The notes below the pieces were generated by a model, which had not been told where the DNA came from, made no database searches, and worked only from the letters and a program-made list of their open reading frames with translations. DNA of 64,000 nucleotides from a virus. The stretch is taken from IMG/VR virus record IMGVR_UViG_3300027896_000001, positions 96,001 to 160,000 of that record; one strand, written 5' to 3'. Below are positions 28,124 through 40,000 of this stretch, piece by piece. The translations under genes and the position numbers were made by a program. Every line of letters begins with the position of its first letter. The stretch's first letter is position 1.

Positions 28124-28772
28124 TCGCTCAGAATGGGATAAAGGAAGGGTTGGAGAATTAGGGTTTTGGAGAAATTTTCTTAATAATAAATCTAAAAAAT
28201 ATTTAATTAATAGACTTCTTCATCCTAGACTTCATTTTATGCTGGGGGATAAAAAGGAAGTCAGTATCGCCGATATTGGCGCCGGAGCGATATCTATTAT
28301 AGGAAACACTTATGAAGGCGTCAAACTCAATATAACTCCTTCTGATTTTTTAGCTGACGAATACAAACAATTATTAAACGAATTAAATATCCATCCTTTA
28401 ATTTATACTGAAAAACAGGACATGGAAAAACTAACTTATGACAATAATACTTTTGATATAGTTTATTGTCAAAATGCTTTAGATCATTGTTTTGATCCTA
28501 AAAAAGCAATATTGGAAATGATACGAATTTGCAAATCTAATGGATGGATATATTTTCGGCATTTTCCGCATGTGGCAAAACATCATAGATATCGTAATTT
28601 TCATCAATGGAATATTGACAAAACAAATAATAATGATTGCGTTGTCTGGAACAGACAGGAACAATTTTTATTATCAAGTTTGGCAAGTGGTTTTAATACT
28701 GAAACAGAAACAGGACGCATAGGGATGGTTGTAACAACAGGTAAAAAAGAAAATCTAAAGGAGGTGTCGTGA
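28110..28772 (+). CDS. Class I SAM-dependent methyltransferase
   Basis: ADIGAG, DME.L.Y..NTFDIVY..NALDH. Confidence 0.8.
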   Translation: MNTLDRSEWDKGRVGELGFWRNFLNNKSKKYLINRLLHPRLHFMLGDKKEVSIADIGAGAISIIGNTYEGVKLNITPSDFLADEYKQLLNELNIHPLIYTEKQDMEKLTYDNNTFDIVYCQNALDHCFDPKKAILEMIRICKSNGWIYFRHFPHVAKHHRYRNFHQWNIDKTNNNDCVVWNRQEQFLLSSLASGFNTETETGRIGMVVTTGKKENLKEVS

Positions 28773-29386
28773 ATTTAATTGAATGCTTGTCGCAAAAATA
28801 TTCTTTTGATTTGTCTCAAAAATCACCTATACAGCTTCCATTAACGCGAAACGATCTTACAAAAATATTTAAGGAATTGGGATTTAAAACAGGAGTTGAG
28901 ATAGGCGTTCAAGAAGGAATTTATTCCGAAATTATATGCCAAAACAATCCAGAAGTATCTTTGTTTTGTGTTGATCCATGGAAAGCTTATCGTCGATATC
29001 GGGATTTTGTAAGTCAAGAAAGACTTGATAAATTTTATGAAACAGCGAAAAAGAGATTAGAACCTTATAACTGTACATTTATAAAAAAATTTAGCCTGGA
29101 TGCGGCTAAAGATTTTGCAGATAAAAGCCTAGATTTCGGTTATATAGACGGAAATCATGAATTCAGATATGTAGTAGACGATACCGATGAATGGATAAGA
29201 AAAATAAAAAAAGGCGGTATCATGGCTGGGCATGATTACAAACGATCAAAAGGCGATGCTCCATATCATGTAGTTGATGCTATTTCTGCTTATACTTATT
29301 CACATAAAGTGAAACCGTGGTTTATTACAACAGAAACAGATCATGATTTACCTAGGTCTTTTTTCTGGGAGAAACAATGGATTTAA
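28769..29386 (+). CDS. SAM methyltransferase (Methyltransf_24-like)
   Basis: VEIGV..G, VDPW, YIDGNH, GG..AGHDY. Confidence 0.85.
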   Translation: MNLIECLSQKYSFDLSQKSPIQLPLTRNDLTKIFKELGFKTGVEIGVQEGIYSEIICQNNPEVSLFCVDPWKAYRRYRDFVSQERLDKFYETAKKRLEPYNCTFIKKFSLDAAKDFADKSLDFGYIDGNHEFRYVVDDTDEWIRKIKKGGIMAGHDYKRSKGDAPYHVVDAISAYTYSHKVKPWFITTETDHDLPRSFFWEKQWI

Positions 29387-30072
29387 CAATATTATTTTAC
29401 ACATCAAATTATATAAACGAATCCTTCGCCAAGGAAATAAGGGATCAGTTAATAAGAGCTTCCGAAGGAATTCCTATAATAAGTATTTCTCAAAAACCAA
29501 TGGATTTCGGAGAAAACATATGTGTTGGAGATATTAGCAGATCTCATCTTAATATTTATAGACAAATTTTAATAGGAGCAAAAGCAGCCACAACGGAGTA
29601 TGTTGCATTGGCTGAAGATGATGTATTGTACTCTCCAAGCCACTTTACTTCATTTCGTCCAGACGGAGATACATTTGCATATAATTTAAATAAATGGAGT
29701 ATTTTTACATGGGTAAATCCTCCAACATTTTCTTATATACCGCGAATGGTTATTAATGCATTAATAGCCCCAAGAAAACTTCTTGTTGAAGCTTTAACAG
29801 AAAGATTTACAAAATGGCCTGATGATACAAAAACACCTGTTAAATATTGGGGAGATTTAGGTCGTTATGAAAATTATCTTCATGTTACAGTTAGAAAAAC
29901 AACAACTTTTAATTCTTCTCAATGTAATATTGTGTTTTCGCATACAGATGCGTATGGATATCTTGGATTAGGAAATAGAAAAAAAATGGGAGATCAAAGA
30001 GTAACAGAATTAGACGGTTGGGGAACCGCATCGGATATAATAAAAATCTTCAAGGAAAGAAACCATGAATAA
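29377..30072 (+). CDS. GT-A fold glycosyltransferase-like protein
   Basis: FYT.N, QIL.G, AEDDVLY..SHF; paralog of the C-domain of 31918-33531. Confidence 0.65.
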   Translation: MDLTILFYTSNYINESFAKEIRDQLIRASEGIPIISISQKPMDFGENICVGDISRSHLNIYRQILIGAKAATTEYVALAEDDVLYSPSHFTSFRPDGDTFAYNLNKWSIFTWVNPPTFSYIPRMVINALIAPRKLLVEALTERFTKWPDDTKTPVKYWGDLGRYENYLHVTVRKTTTFNSSQCNIVFSHTDAYGYLGLGNRKKMGDQRVTELDGWGTASDIIKIFKERNHE

Positions 30073-30598
30073 TATAGAAGATATAATATTTACAAATAAA
30101 GGTAAATGGCTCATGAAAATGAGCGAACGGTTAATGATATGCGGAATGGCTTCATTACTACATCCTGCCAGTATTTTAGAACTTGGGGTTTATCTTGGAA
30201 AATGTTCTGAGCAACTTTCAAAATTAACACCTATAGTTTATTGTGTCGACCCAATGAGGCATGAAGAATTAGCATTACCTTCAAATTGTTATTTTATACA
30301 ATTAACAAGCGATGAGTTTTTCAAGTGTGTTGCTAAAAACAATACATATGATTTGATTATTGTCGATGCGGATCATACAGAGGAAAATGCGTACAGGGAT
30401 TTAAAAAATTCTATTCAATATGGAAAGTACATTTTAATGCATGATAGCGCGAATCCTGAGTGCAGGCAAGGATACAAAAAGGCCATACGTGAATGCGGGG
30501 ATAAAATAAAATTTAAAAATCTCGATTTGCTACCATGTTCATATGTTTCCACAAAAAATGTTCAATGGGGCGGATTAGGAATAGTAGTAACAAAATGA
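30065..30598 (+). CDS. SAM methyltransferase (Methyltransf_24-like)
   Basis: LELGV..G, VDP, IVDADH, MHD. Confidence 0.8.
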   Translation: MNNIEDIIFTNKGKWLMKMSERLMICGMASLLHPASILELGVYLGKCSEQLSKLTPIVYCVDPMRHEELALPSNCYFIQLTSDEFFKCVAKNNTYDLIIVDADHTEENAYRDLKNSIQYGKYILMHDSANPECRQGYKKAIRECGDKIKFKNLDLLPCSYVSTKNVQWGGLGIVVTK

Positions 30599-31236
30599 TA
30601 CCTAAAATTATACATACAGCATGGACATCTAATGATTCTTTTAAAAAAAAGTATCATAAGTTCAGAGAGTCATGGATAAGATTCAATCCAGATTGGTCGT
30701 TTTATTTTTGGGATCAGCATAATTTTCCATGGGGGAAATTTGACAATATATCAAAAGAGTTATTATCGTCAAACAAGGTTCATTACGTTGTTAAATCAGA
30801 TGTAATCAGGTATGAAATATTAAGACTGTATGGGGGAATCTATGTCGACTGTGATGTTGAATGTTTAAAATCGTTTGAACCATTATTAATATACGAATCG
30901 TTTGTAGGATATGAAAGATATCCTGATATTATAAGTAATTGTATTATCGGTGTTGAAAAAGACAACCCAATTATAATAGATATTTCCAGAACATTAAATG
31001 AAAAAATTCTAAATCATCGCGATTACAGCAATAAACATCCTCATGTTTACGGGGTAGGTTTCGCCGGCAGTAAATTAAAAAATCTATCTATGGTTCTTCC
31101 TCAAAACGCGTTCTGTCCATTTTTAGGAGAAAGTCGTCCTAAAAATGTCAATTCTAAAAATTATCCAGATGCCTATGCTATTCATCATTTTTCAGGAATG
31201 GATGATGATGGATGGGTTAAAAACAGAGAGGTATGA
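30595..31236 (+). CDS. Glycosyltransferase GT32 (DXD sugar-binding)
   Basis: MIPKIIH..W, SD..RY..L..YGGIYVDCD; ATG 30595 overlaps the previous stop. Confidence 0.88.
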   Translation: MIPKIIHTAWTSNDSFKKKYHKFRESWIRFNPDWSFYFWDQHNFPWGKFDNISKELLSSNKVHYVVKSDVIRYEILRLYGGIYVDCDVECLKSFEPLLIYESFVGYERYPDIISNCIIGVEKDNPIIIDISRTLNEKILNHRDYSNKHPHVYGVGFAGSKLKNLSMVLPQNAFCPFLGESRPKNVNSKNYPDAYAIHHFSGMDDDGWVKNREV

Positions 31237-31239
31237 TTC

Positions 31240-31902
31240 ATGAAAGTTGCTTTGATATCTGCTAATCTTGGAAAATTCTGCAACCATAATGAATGGGAAA
31301 AACAGGAAATAAATCCTGATATCGAATTATCGATATTTAGATTGGATGATAATAATTTTCCTCCCAGAGATAAATCTCTTACTTCAAGGATGCAGGCGAA
31401 AATACCCAAAGTATTTGGATGGCAGATGTTTCCAGGATTTGATTATTACATATGGATAGATGCGCGCTTCGAGGTAAAAAAAGGATTTGTACAATGGATG
31501 GTTGATCAAAATAAAAATTTTGATTGTTCGTTCTTTACTCATCCATGGAGACATTCGATAAAAGAAGAAGCCGACATGATGAATATTGCATTAAAATCAA
31601 AATTTCATAATCATTATGATTATATTCAATCAAGATATACTGGAGAATTTATAGATGAACAACTAGAAATAATTTTCAAAGACAAATCTTATAAAGACAA
31701 TTACCTTCTTGCGGCGACAACTTTTATTTATAAAAATAACGATGTCATGAAAAACATATTATCAGAATGGTGGCTTCACATTTCAAGATACTGCATCATG
31801 GATCAGTTTATTCTTCCTTATTTATTGAGACAATATAAATGCAATCTTAACATTATTCAAGACGATGTTTTTCATGCTAAACATGCTAAATACATCAAAT
31901 GA
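31240..31902 (+). CDS. DUF616/TOD1-MUCI70-like glycosyltransferase
   Basis: K.PK, YDYYIWID, HPWR.SI.EEA, WW......DQ..LPY. Confidence 0.7.
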   Translation: MKVALISANLGKFCNHNEWEKQEINPDIELSIFRLDDNNFPPRDKSLTSRMQAKIPKVFGWQMFPGFDYYIWIDARFEVKKGFVQWMVDQNKNFDCSFFTHPWRHSIKEEADMMNIALKSKFHNHYDYIQSRYTGEFIDEQLEIIFKDKSYKDNYLLAATTFIYKNNDVMKNILSEWWLHISRYCIMDQFILPYLLRQYKCNLNIIQDDVFHAKHAKYIK

Positions 31903-31917
31903 AAGGACATCAAAATC

Positions 31918-33531
31918 ATGGACCTGTCAATAGTAATTCCTGCCCGTAATGAAGAATTTTTGCAACAGACAATTGATTCTATTGTAAAAGGAATCAAAGC
32001 TGATACAGAAGTAATTGCCGTTCTTGATGGGTATTGGCCGGTAGGGGGAATTAAAGATCATCCGAGAGTAAGGCTTATTCACCATTCTGAATCAATAGGA
32101 CAAAGAGCCGCCACCAATGAAGGGGTAAGATTAAGCGAAGCAAAATATATAATGAAGATTGATGCGCATTGCGCCATCGATGAGGGTTTCGATGTAAAAT
32201 TAATGGCTGATATTCAACATGATTGGACCGTTATCCCAAGGATGTACAACCTTCATGTGTTCGACTGGAAATGTCAAAAATGCGGAAATAAAACTTATCA
32301 GGGCCCAAAGCCAATAAAATGCGAAAAATGCGATAATAAAACTGAATTTGAAAGAATAATCGTCTGGACTCCACGCTGGAATAGAATGTCGGATTTTGCC
32401 AGGTTCGACAGCACTCTTCATTTTCAATACTGGGGAGAGTACAAGCGTCGCCCTGAGGCGCAAGGCGACATATGCGATACCATGTGTCAGATAGGCGCAT
32501 GCTGGATGATGGAAAGAAACAGATATTGGGAAATAGGAGGACTTGATGAGAATCATGGATCTTGGGGACAAATGGGTGTGGAAATTTCCTGTAAATCATG
32601 GCTATCAGGAGGAAGGCAAGTAGTAAATAAAAAAACGTGGTTCAGTCATCTTTTCAGAACACAGCCCGGTTTTGGATTTCCTTATCCCAACCCAGGAGTA
32701 AATAAAGCAAGAGAATATTCAAGACAATTATGGATGGAAAATAAATGGGACAAAGCAATACATAAACTTCCATGGTTAATAAAAAAATTTGCCCCGGTTC
32801 CTGATTGGCCAAGCGAAACCGATAAAAAAATATCAAAAGGCGTAGTGTATTATACCGACAATCTTTGCGATCCAATGATAAGAGATGTTGTTCAAAAAAA
32901 TCTTAAACAACGTTGTAATGGTTTTGATGTAGTATCCGTGTCTCTTAAGCCAATTGAATTTGGAAGGAATATTGTTCTTCCTCTTGAGCGTGGAATCCTT
33001 ACAATGTTCAAACAAATATTGGCAGGGCTGGAAACCAATACTGCTGAAATAATTTATTTATGTGAACACGATGTTATTTATCATGAAAGTCATTTTGATT
33101 TTATTCCACCAAGAAACGATACTTATTATTATAATGAGAATACATGGAAGGTCGACGCTACAACAGGACAAGCTTTATTTTATTATTGTAAACAAACATC
33201 AGGACTTTGTGCTTATCGCACTCTTCTCATAGAACATTATAAAAAACGTATTGCAAGAATGGAAAAAGAAGGAAGGTATGAAAGAAGTGTTGGTTTTGAA
33301 CCTGGAACTCATAAATTTCCGCGCGGCATTGATGAACACGGGGCTGAGAAATATTTTTCTGAATTACCAAATATAGATATAAGACATACGACTAATTTGA
33401 CAAAAAACCGTTGGAGTCAGGATGAATTTCGAAACAAAAATTCATGTCTTGGATGGAAAATGTCGGATGAGGTTCCGGGGTGGGGAAAATCAAAAGGAAG
33501 GTTCAAAGACTTTTTACTGGAGGTGTTATGA
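31918..33531 (+). CDS. Two-domain glycosyltransferase (GT2 plus GT-A) with zinc-ribbon insert
   Basis: SIVIPARNE, KIDAH, CQKC..CEKC, second domain EHDVIYH. Confidence 0.82.
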   Translation: MDLSIVIPARNEEFLQQTIDSIVKGIKADTEVIAVLDGYWPVGGIKDHPRVRLIHHSESIGQRAATNEGVRLSEAKYIMKIDAHCAIDEGFDVKLMADIQHDWTVIPRMYNLHVFDWKCQKCGNKTYQGPKPIKCEKCDNKTEFERIIVWTPRWNRMSDFARFDSTLHFQYWGEYKRRPEAQGDICDTMCQIGACWMMERNRYWEIGGLDENHGSWGQMGVEISCKSWLSGGRQVVNKKTWFSHLFRTQPGFGFPYPNPGVNKAREYSRQLWMENKWDKAIHKLPWLIKKFAPVPDWPSETDKKISKGVVYYTDNLCDPMIRDVVQKNLKQRCNGFDVVSVSLKPIEFGRNIVLPLERGILTMFKQILAGLETNTAEIIYLCEHDVIYHESHFDFIPPRNDTYYYNENTWKVDATTGQALFYYCKQTSGLCAYRTLLIEHYKKRIARMEKEGRYERSVGFEPGTHKFPRGIDEHGAEKYFSELPNIDIRHTTNLTKNRWSQDEFRNKNSCLGWKMSDEVPGWGKSKGRFKDFLLEVL

Positions 33532-34010
33532 GTTTTGTAGTTGTATTCAGTAAAGCAACCGGTAGAATACGTTCGATTTTTGTTCCTGATGATGATGAAC
33601 AAATAAAAAATCTTAAATATTTGGACGGAGAAGATCATGTTATTTTAGATGATAAAGATAAACTTCCACTTCCTGAACTTCAGGAATTAATTAATAAACA
33701 AACAGGAATTATCCCAAAAGACGACAGATATGCGGTAGTAGATGCGGCAGGAGAAGTAAAAGCTGTAATAATTGCCGATCCGTTATGTGGAGATGAAATA
33801 AAAGATCATGAATTAATTACTTCAACAGAAGCTGAGGTAGGACACACTTGGGATAAAGATGCCCATGTATTTGTTCCTCCAGTAAAGGCGGCAACAACAA
33901 CTCCTGCGCCAACAACTTCTGTTCCAACAACTCCTGCCCCAACAACCAAAGACCCTTCAATTAAAGATGATTTAATAGAGGATTTTGTCCCTTCAGCGGG
34001 ACCAGAATAA
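33528..34010 (+). CDS. Probable fibre-associated/assembly protein with PTT-rich tail
   Basis: ATG 33528 with GGAGG SD; G.TWD....FVPP motif; directly upstream of the giant Gly/Ser protein. Confidence 0.55.
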   Translation: MSFVVVFSKATGRIRSIFVPDDDEQIKNLKYLDGEDHVILDDKDKLPLPELQELINKQTGIIPKDDRYAVVDAAGEVKAVIIADPLCGDEIKDHELITSTEAEVGHTWDKDAHVFVPPVKAATTTPAPTTSVPTTPAPTTKDPSIKDDLIEDFVPSAGPE

Positions 34011-34041
34011 TAAATACATTTTTAATTATGCGAAATAAATT

Positions 34042-37000
34042 ATGGCATGGTATGCATACATATTGTCTGGCACCTCTTGGGCTGGTGTTGACACAGATGG
34101 CAGCAACATTACTGTTGAGTGTATTGGTGGTGGTGGCGGCGGAACATCAAGCACGACTGTTAATGATGGTGGTGGGGGTGGCGAATATCGTTCATCAGTA
34201 GTGGCATATACATCAGGTTCTACTATAAATGGAATTCAAATCGGACAAGGTGGAACTGGAGGAACTACTGGAGGAAATGGCACTCAAACTAAATGGAATA
34301 CAAATGTTATAATTGCTGATAATGGAGATGGCGCAGCAGCTGGTGGGGCTGGAGGTTCGGGAGGAACAGGAACTACAGGACGAAATGGCGGCAGCGCAAC
34401 AGGACCTGGTGGATATGCAGGAGGATCAGGTGGAGGTGGTGCTGGAGGGCCGGCAGCTGCGGGACAACCAGCTGGATCTCGTACTGGCGGTGGTTGGCAA
34501 AAAGGAGGTACAGGTGGTGGTGGTGCTGGAAATGGTGCAGCGCAAACTACCAATTCAAGTTCAGCATCAGGAACAGATGGTGGAGATGGGCCTGGAGGAA
34601 CAGGTCATGGAACCGGAGCAACTTCAAATGTCGCGCCAGGAGCAGCATCATTAGGTGGTGGCGGAGGTGGAAGTTATTATAGCGCATCTGCTCCTCATTA
34701 TGCCGGCGGAGACGGTTCAACAGCAAATACTTGGGATACCGAATATGGGCCTGGCGGCGGTGGTGGCGGTGGTGGCGGTTTATGTAACGGTGGTAATGGT
34801 GGAAATTATGGTGGTGGTGGCGCAGACTCTGGATATCGTCAAGGTACTGAAACAGGAGGAAACGGCGCTCAAGGTATTATCGTCGTTACTTATAAAAAAT
34901 CAAGCGCATCTGCTTCAGTTTCTCCATCAGCATCAAGAAGTCCTTCCGCTTCAGTTTCTCCATCTGCAAGCGTATCAGCTTCAATAAGCCCGTCTGCTTC
35001 TGCGTCTGCATCTGTTAGTCCTTCAGCCAGCGCAAGCGCCTCTATAAGTCCAAGCGCATCAAGAAGTCCTTCAGCTTCAGTTTCTCCGTCTGCCAGTGCA
35101 TCAGCATCTATTAGCCCTTCAGCTTCAATAAGTCCGTCTGCATCTGTATCTGCATCTGTTAGTCCTTCAGCCAGTGCGTCTGCATCTATTAGTCCGTCTG
35201 CTTCCGTATCTGCTTCAATAAGTCCGTCAGCATCAAGAAGTCCTTCAGCTTCAGTTTCTCCGTCTGCATCTGTGTCGGCTTCAGTTTCTCCTTCAGCAAG
35301 CGCATCAGCGTCTATAAGCCCATCTGCTAGTGCGAGCGCTTCTGTAAGTCCAAGTGCTTCTATTAGCCCGTCAGCATCAATCAGTCCTTCTGAAAGCGCT
35401 TCTGAATCTGTAAGTCCATCAGAATCTATAAGCCCATCAGCGAGTGTAAGCCCTTCTCCACCACCTCCAGTAACTGTTTTTATCACTTCAGGAACAGTAT
35501 GGAATGAAGAAACAGATGAATCTGATATTGATGTTGAATGTATAGGAGGCGGAGGAGGTGGCGCCGGAGGTGGTGGAGAATATAGAAAAAGCACTATATC
35601 TTATAAATCAGGTTCTAATTCTATTATTCAGATAGGACAAGGTGGAGGTCCTACACTTGATGGTACGGATACAAAATTTATAGGAGATTTTGAAGGAATA
35701 GGAGAAACACCAAGGTATTGGAATTGTATTACTGTTGCGCCTAATGGCGATGTATATGCTAATGAATTTGGAGATATTTATAAACAAACAGGCGGGGTTG
35801 GCCCTTTTGTTGCTTTAGGACAAACAACTAGACTTTGGGAAGCAATGGCTGTTGCTGCTAATGGTGATGTTTATGTTGCTGTAATTAATGATGATATTTA
35901 TATACAAACTGGAGGTATTGGTAATTTTGTTGGATTAGGCCAAGGAAATAAACAATGGGCAGGAATGACTATCGCTCCTAATGGAGATATTTATACTGTT
36001 GAAATTGGTGGTGATATTTATAAACGCACAGGCGGTGTTGGTAATTTTATTGCACAAGGACAAACATCTCGGTCATGGCAGGGAATCGCTGCTGCTCCTA
36101 ATGGCGATATTTATGCAACAGATGCTGGTGGTGATATTTATAAAAGAACTAATGGCGTAGGCGATTTTATTGCATTAGAACAAGAATCAAGATCATGGTC
36201 AGCTATAACCGCTACCCCAAATGGAGATATTTATGCTCTTGTAATTTTTGATGATGTTTATAAACAAACTGGAGGGGTTGGAGATTTTCTTCCGCAACAT
36301 TGGTCGCAAGGTTCTGTATTTTTAGCTTCTGATCTTAATGGAATTTTATACGCTACTCTTTTTACCTTCATATCTCCTGTTGATATATATAAACAGAAAG
36401 TAATAATAGCTAAAGCCGGTCATGGATCTTCATCAGATAGGGCAGGAGGAACAAATGGTATAGGTGATCTTGGATATGATGGTGGCGCAGCCGGTTCTAA
36501 TGATAATGCTGGCGGTGGTGGCGCTGGAGGGCCTAATGGTATTGGCGCTAAAGGCGGAAATGGCAGCGCAAATGGAGGAGGAGGTGGTGGTGGAGCTGGA
36601 GGAGGATCGACTGGAAATAATGGAAGCAATCCATCAGGTGGTGATGGAGGAAATAATTATTTAAGTTCAGGTCATGGAAATGGAGGAAATCTTTCTGGAG
36701 ATCCTGGCGACAACGGATCAGACGGTGGTGGCGCTGGTGGCGGCGCAATTAATGGAAAAGGTGGAAACGGTGGAAATGGTATAGATTGGACAGCAGAATA
36801 TGGCGCTGGTGGCGGCGGAGGTGGTGGAGGAAATAATGCAAACGGTGGTAACGGCGGAATTTATGGAGGTGGCGGAGGCGGTACAAATAATGGAACCGCA
36901 GGTACTGGTGGTCAAGGAATAATTGCAATAACATACCGTCCCAAACCTTCTGCTTCTGTTTCTCCATCAGCAAGTAAATCTGCTTCAATTTCTCCAAGCG

Positions 37001-40000
37001 CATCAGTATCTCCGTCGGCAAGCGAGTCCGCTTCAATATCACCATCAGCTTCAGTGTCACCATCAGTTTCCATTTCTCCATCGGCCAGCGCATCGGCTTC
37101 TATAAGCCCATCAGCCAGCGCGTCAGCGTCAGTTTCACCTTCAGTGTCTGTTAGTCCATCGGCAAGTGCATCGGCGTCTATTTCTCCATCAGCTTCAATA
37201 AGCCCGTCTGCAAGCGCTTCAGCTTCTGTTTCTCCATCTGAATCTATTAGTCCTTCTGCAAGCGCCAGTGCATCTGTTTCACCTAGCGCTTCAATTTCTC
37301 CAAGTGCATCTATTTCTCCTTCAGCAAGTGAATCAGTTTCCATTTCTCCATCGGCATCAATATCACCATCTGCAAGCGAATCTGTATCCGTTTCACCAAG
37401 CGCATCTATAAGCCCGTCAGCCAGCGTTTCAGCTTCAGTTTCACCGTCAGCGTCTATAAGCCCATCCGCATCTATCAGCCCATCTGCAAGTGCGTCGGCT
37501 TCGGTAAGTCCTTCTGAAAGCGCATCAGCATCAGTAAGCCCAAGCGAGTCTGTCAGCCCTTCTGCAAGTATTTCAGCATCAGTATCTCCTTCGGCAAGTG
37601 TTTCTGCTTCAATAAGTCCATCAGAATCAGTATCGCCGTCAGCAAGTGTTTCCGCATCTATTTCTCCTTCAGCAAGTGAATCAGCTTCTATAAGTCCATC
37701 AGCATCAATTAGTCCTTCCGCAAGCGAATCTGCTAGTATAAGTCCTAGCGCATCGATAAGTCCATCAGCGAGTATTTCTGCTTCAATATCGCCTTCAGCG
37801 TCAGTGAGCCCATCAGAAAGCGCTTCAGCATCTATAAGTCCCAGCGCTTCAATCAGTCCGTCAGCATCAACATCACCATCTGCAAGCGAATCAGCTTCGA
37901 TATCTCCATCAGCAAGTATTTCAGCATCCGTTTCGCCATCAGCCTCAATATCGCCATCAGCAAGTATTTCGGCTTCAATTTCTCCTTCAGCAAGCGTGAG
38001 CGCGTCTATAAGTCCCTCTGCATCGATATCTCCATCAGAATCAATATCCCCTTCTGCAAGCGCATCTGCAAGTATTAGCCCATCGGCTTCTGTTTCTCCT
38101 TCAGCATCCGAAAGCGCATCCGTAAGTCCATCAGCGTCCGTTTCTCCATCGGCATCAATTAGCGCATCAATCAGTCCGTCTGCTTCAATATCTCCAAGTG
38201 CTTCAGTAAGTCCCTCTGCTTCTGCCAGCGCTTCTATAAGTCCTTCCGCATCCGTAAGTCCATCAGCAAGCGAATCAGCTTCTGTAAGCCCATCAGCTTC
38301 AATGTCTCCATCCGCAAGCGAATCTGCGTCTATAAGCCCTAGCGCAAGCGTATCTGCTTCAATAAGTCCATCAGCTAGTATTTCGCCATCTGTAAGCGAA
38401 TCAGCATCTATAAGCCCAAGCGCATCTATAAGCCCTTCAGTTTCAGAAAGCACATCTGTCAGTCCGTCTGCATCTATCAGCCCATCAGCATCTATTTCTC
38501 CATCAGCGTCAGAAAGCGCTTCTATATCTCCTTCAGCATCTATTAGTCCATCAGCAAGCGCATCTGCAAGTATTAGCCCATCAGCTTCTATAAGTCCATC
38601 AGCATCAGAAAGCGCTTCGATTTCCCCATCAGCGAGCATTAGTCCATCAGCTTCTGAATCAGCATCTATAAGCCCTAGCGCTTCTGTGTCGCCGTCAGAA
38701 TCTGAAAGCGCATCGATATCTCCTTCGGCATCGATTTCTCCATCTGCTTCAGAAAGCGCGTCAATAAGTCCATCTCCATCAGTTTCTCCTTCTGCAAGTG
38801 AATCAGCTTCTATTTCTCCGTCTGCAAGTGAATCGGCTTCTGTAAGCCCGTCTGCAAGCGCATCAGCGTCTATATCACCGTCTGCAAGCGCTTCTGCCTC
38901 AATAAGTCCTTCAGCATCTGTAAGTCCTTCTGCAAGCGCATCAGCCAGTATAAGTCCTAGCGCATCGATCAGTCCGTCTGAAAGTATTTCCGCATCAATT
39001 TCTCCTTCGGAATCAATTAGTCCGTCAGCAAGTGTTTCCGCATCCATAAGTCCAAGCGCCAGTGAATCTGCATCAGTAAGCCCAAGTGCCAGTGTATCAG
39101 CAAGCATAAGTCCATCAGCATCTATTTCTCCTTCAGTAAGTGAATCAGCTTCTATAAGTCCATCAGTAAGTGTTTCCGCATCAATAAGTCCAAGTGCATC
39201 AATTAGCCCCTCTGAATCAGTTAGTGCTTCAATTTCCCCAAGCGCTTCAATAAGTCCAAGTGCAAGCGAATCTGCATCTATTTCCCCTTCAGAGAGTATA
39301 AGCCCATCAGCATCAGAAAGTGTATCGATAAGCCCATCTGAATCTATTTCTCCGTCAGCAAGCGAATCTGCGTCTATAAGTCCGTCGGCATCCATAAGTC
39401 CTAGCGCAAGCGAATCAGTATCGATATCCCCATCAGCATCTATAAGTCCGTCTGAATCTATATCTCCATCGGTAAGTATATCTGCATCTATAAGTCCAAG
39501 CGCATCTATAAGTCCTTCAGAATCTGAAAGTGCATCTGTTAGCCCGTCTGCATCAATAAGCCCATCAGCTTCTGAAAGCGTGTCAATCAGCCCTAGCGCA
39601 AGCGTATCTGTATCAGTAAGCCCGTCGGCATCTATAAGTCCTAGCGCCAGTGAATCAGCATCTATAAGTCCAAGCGCATCTATTTCACCTTCAGCAAGCA
39701 TAAGCGCGTCAATAAGTCCATCAGCATCGATATCCCCATCAGTATCAGAAAGCGCATCTATATCCCCATCCGAATCTATATCCCCATCGGAATCGGAAAG
39801 CGCGTCTATAAGTCCAAGCGCATCTATATCTCCATCTGCTTCAATTAGCGCGTCAATAAGCCCGTCGGAGTCTATTTCTCCTTCTGTTTCAGAAAGCGCA
39901 TCAATAAGTCCGTCACCATCAATTTCCCCTTCCGCTAGTGAATCGGAATCTGTTTCTCCATCGGCATCTATAAGCCCATCCGCTAGTGAATCGGCATCGA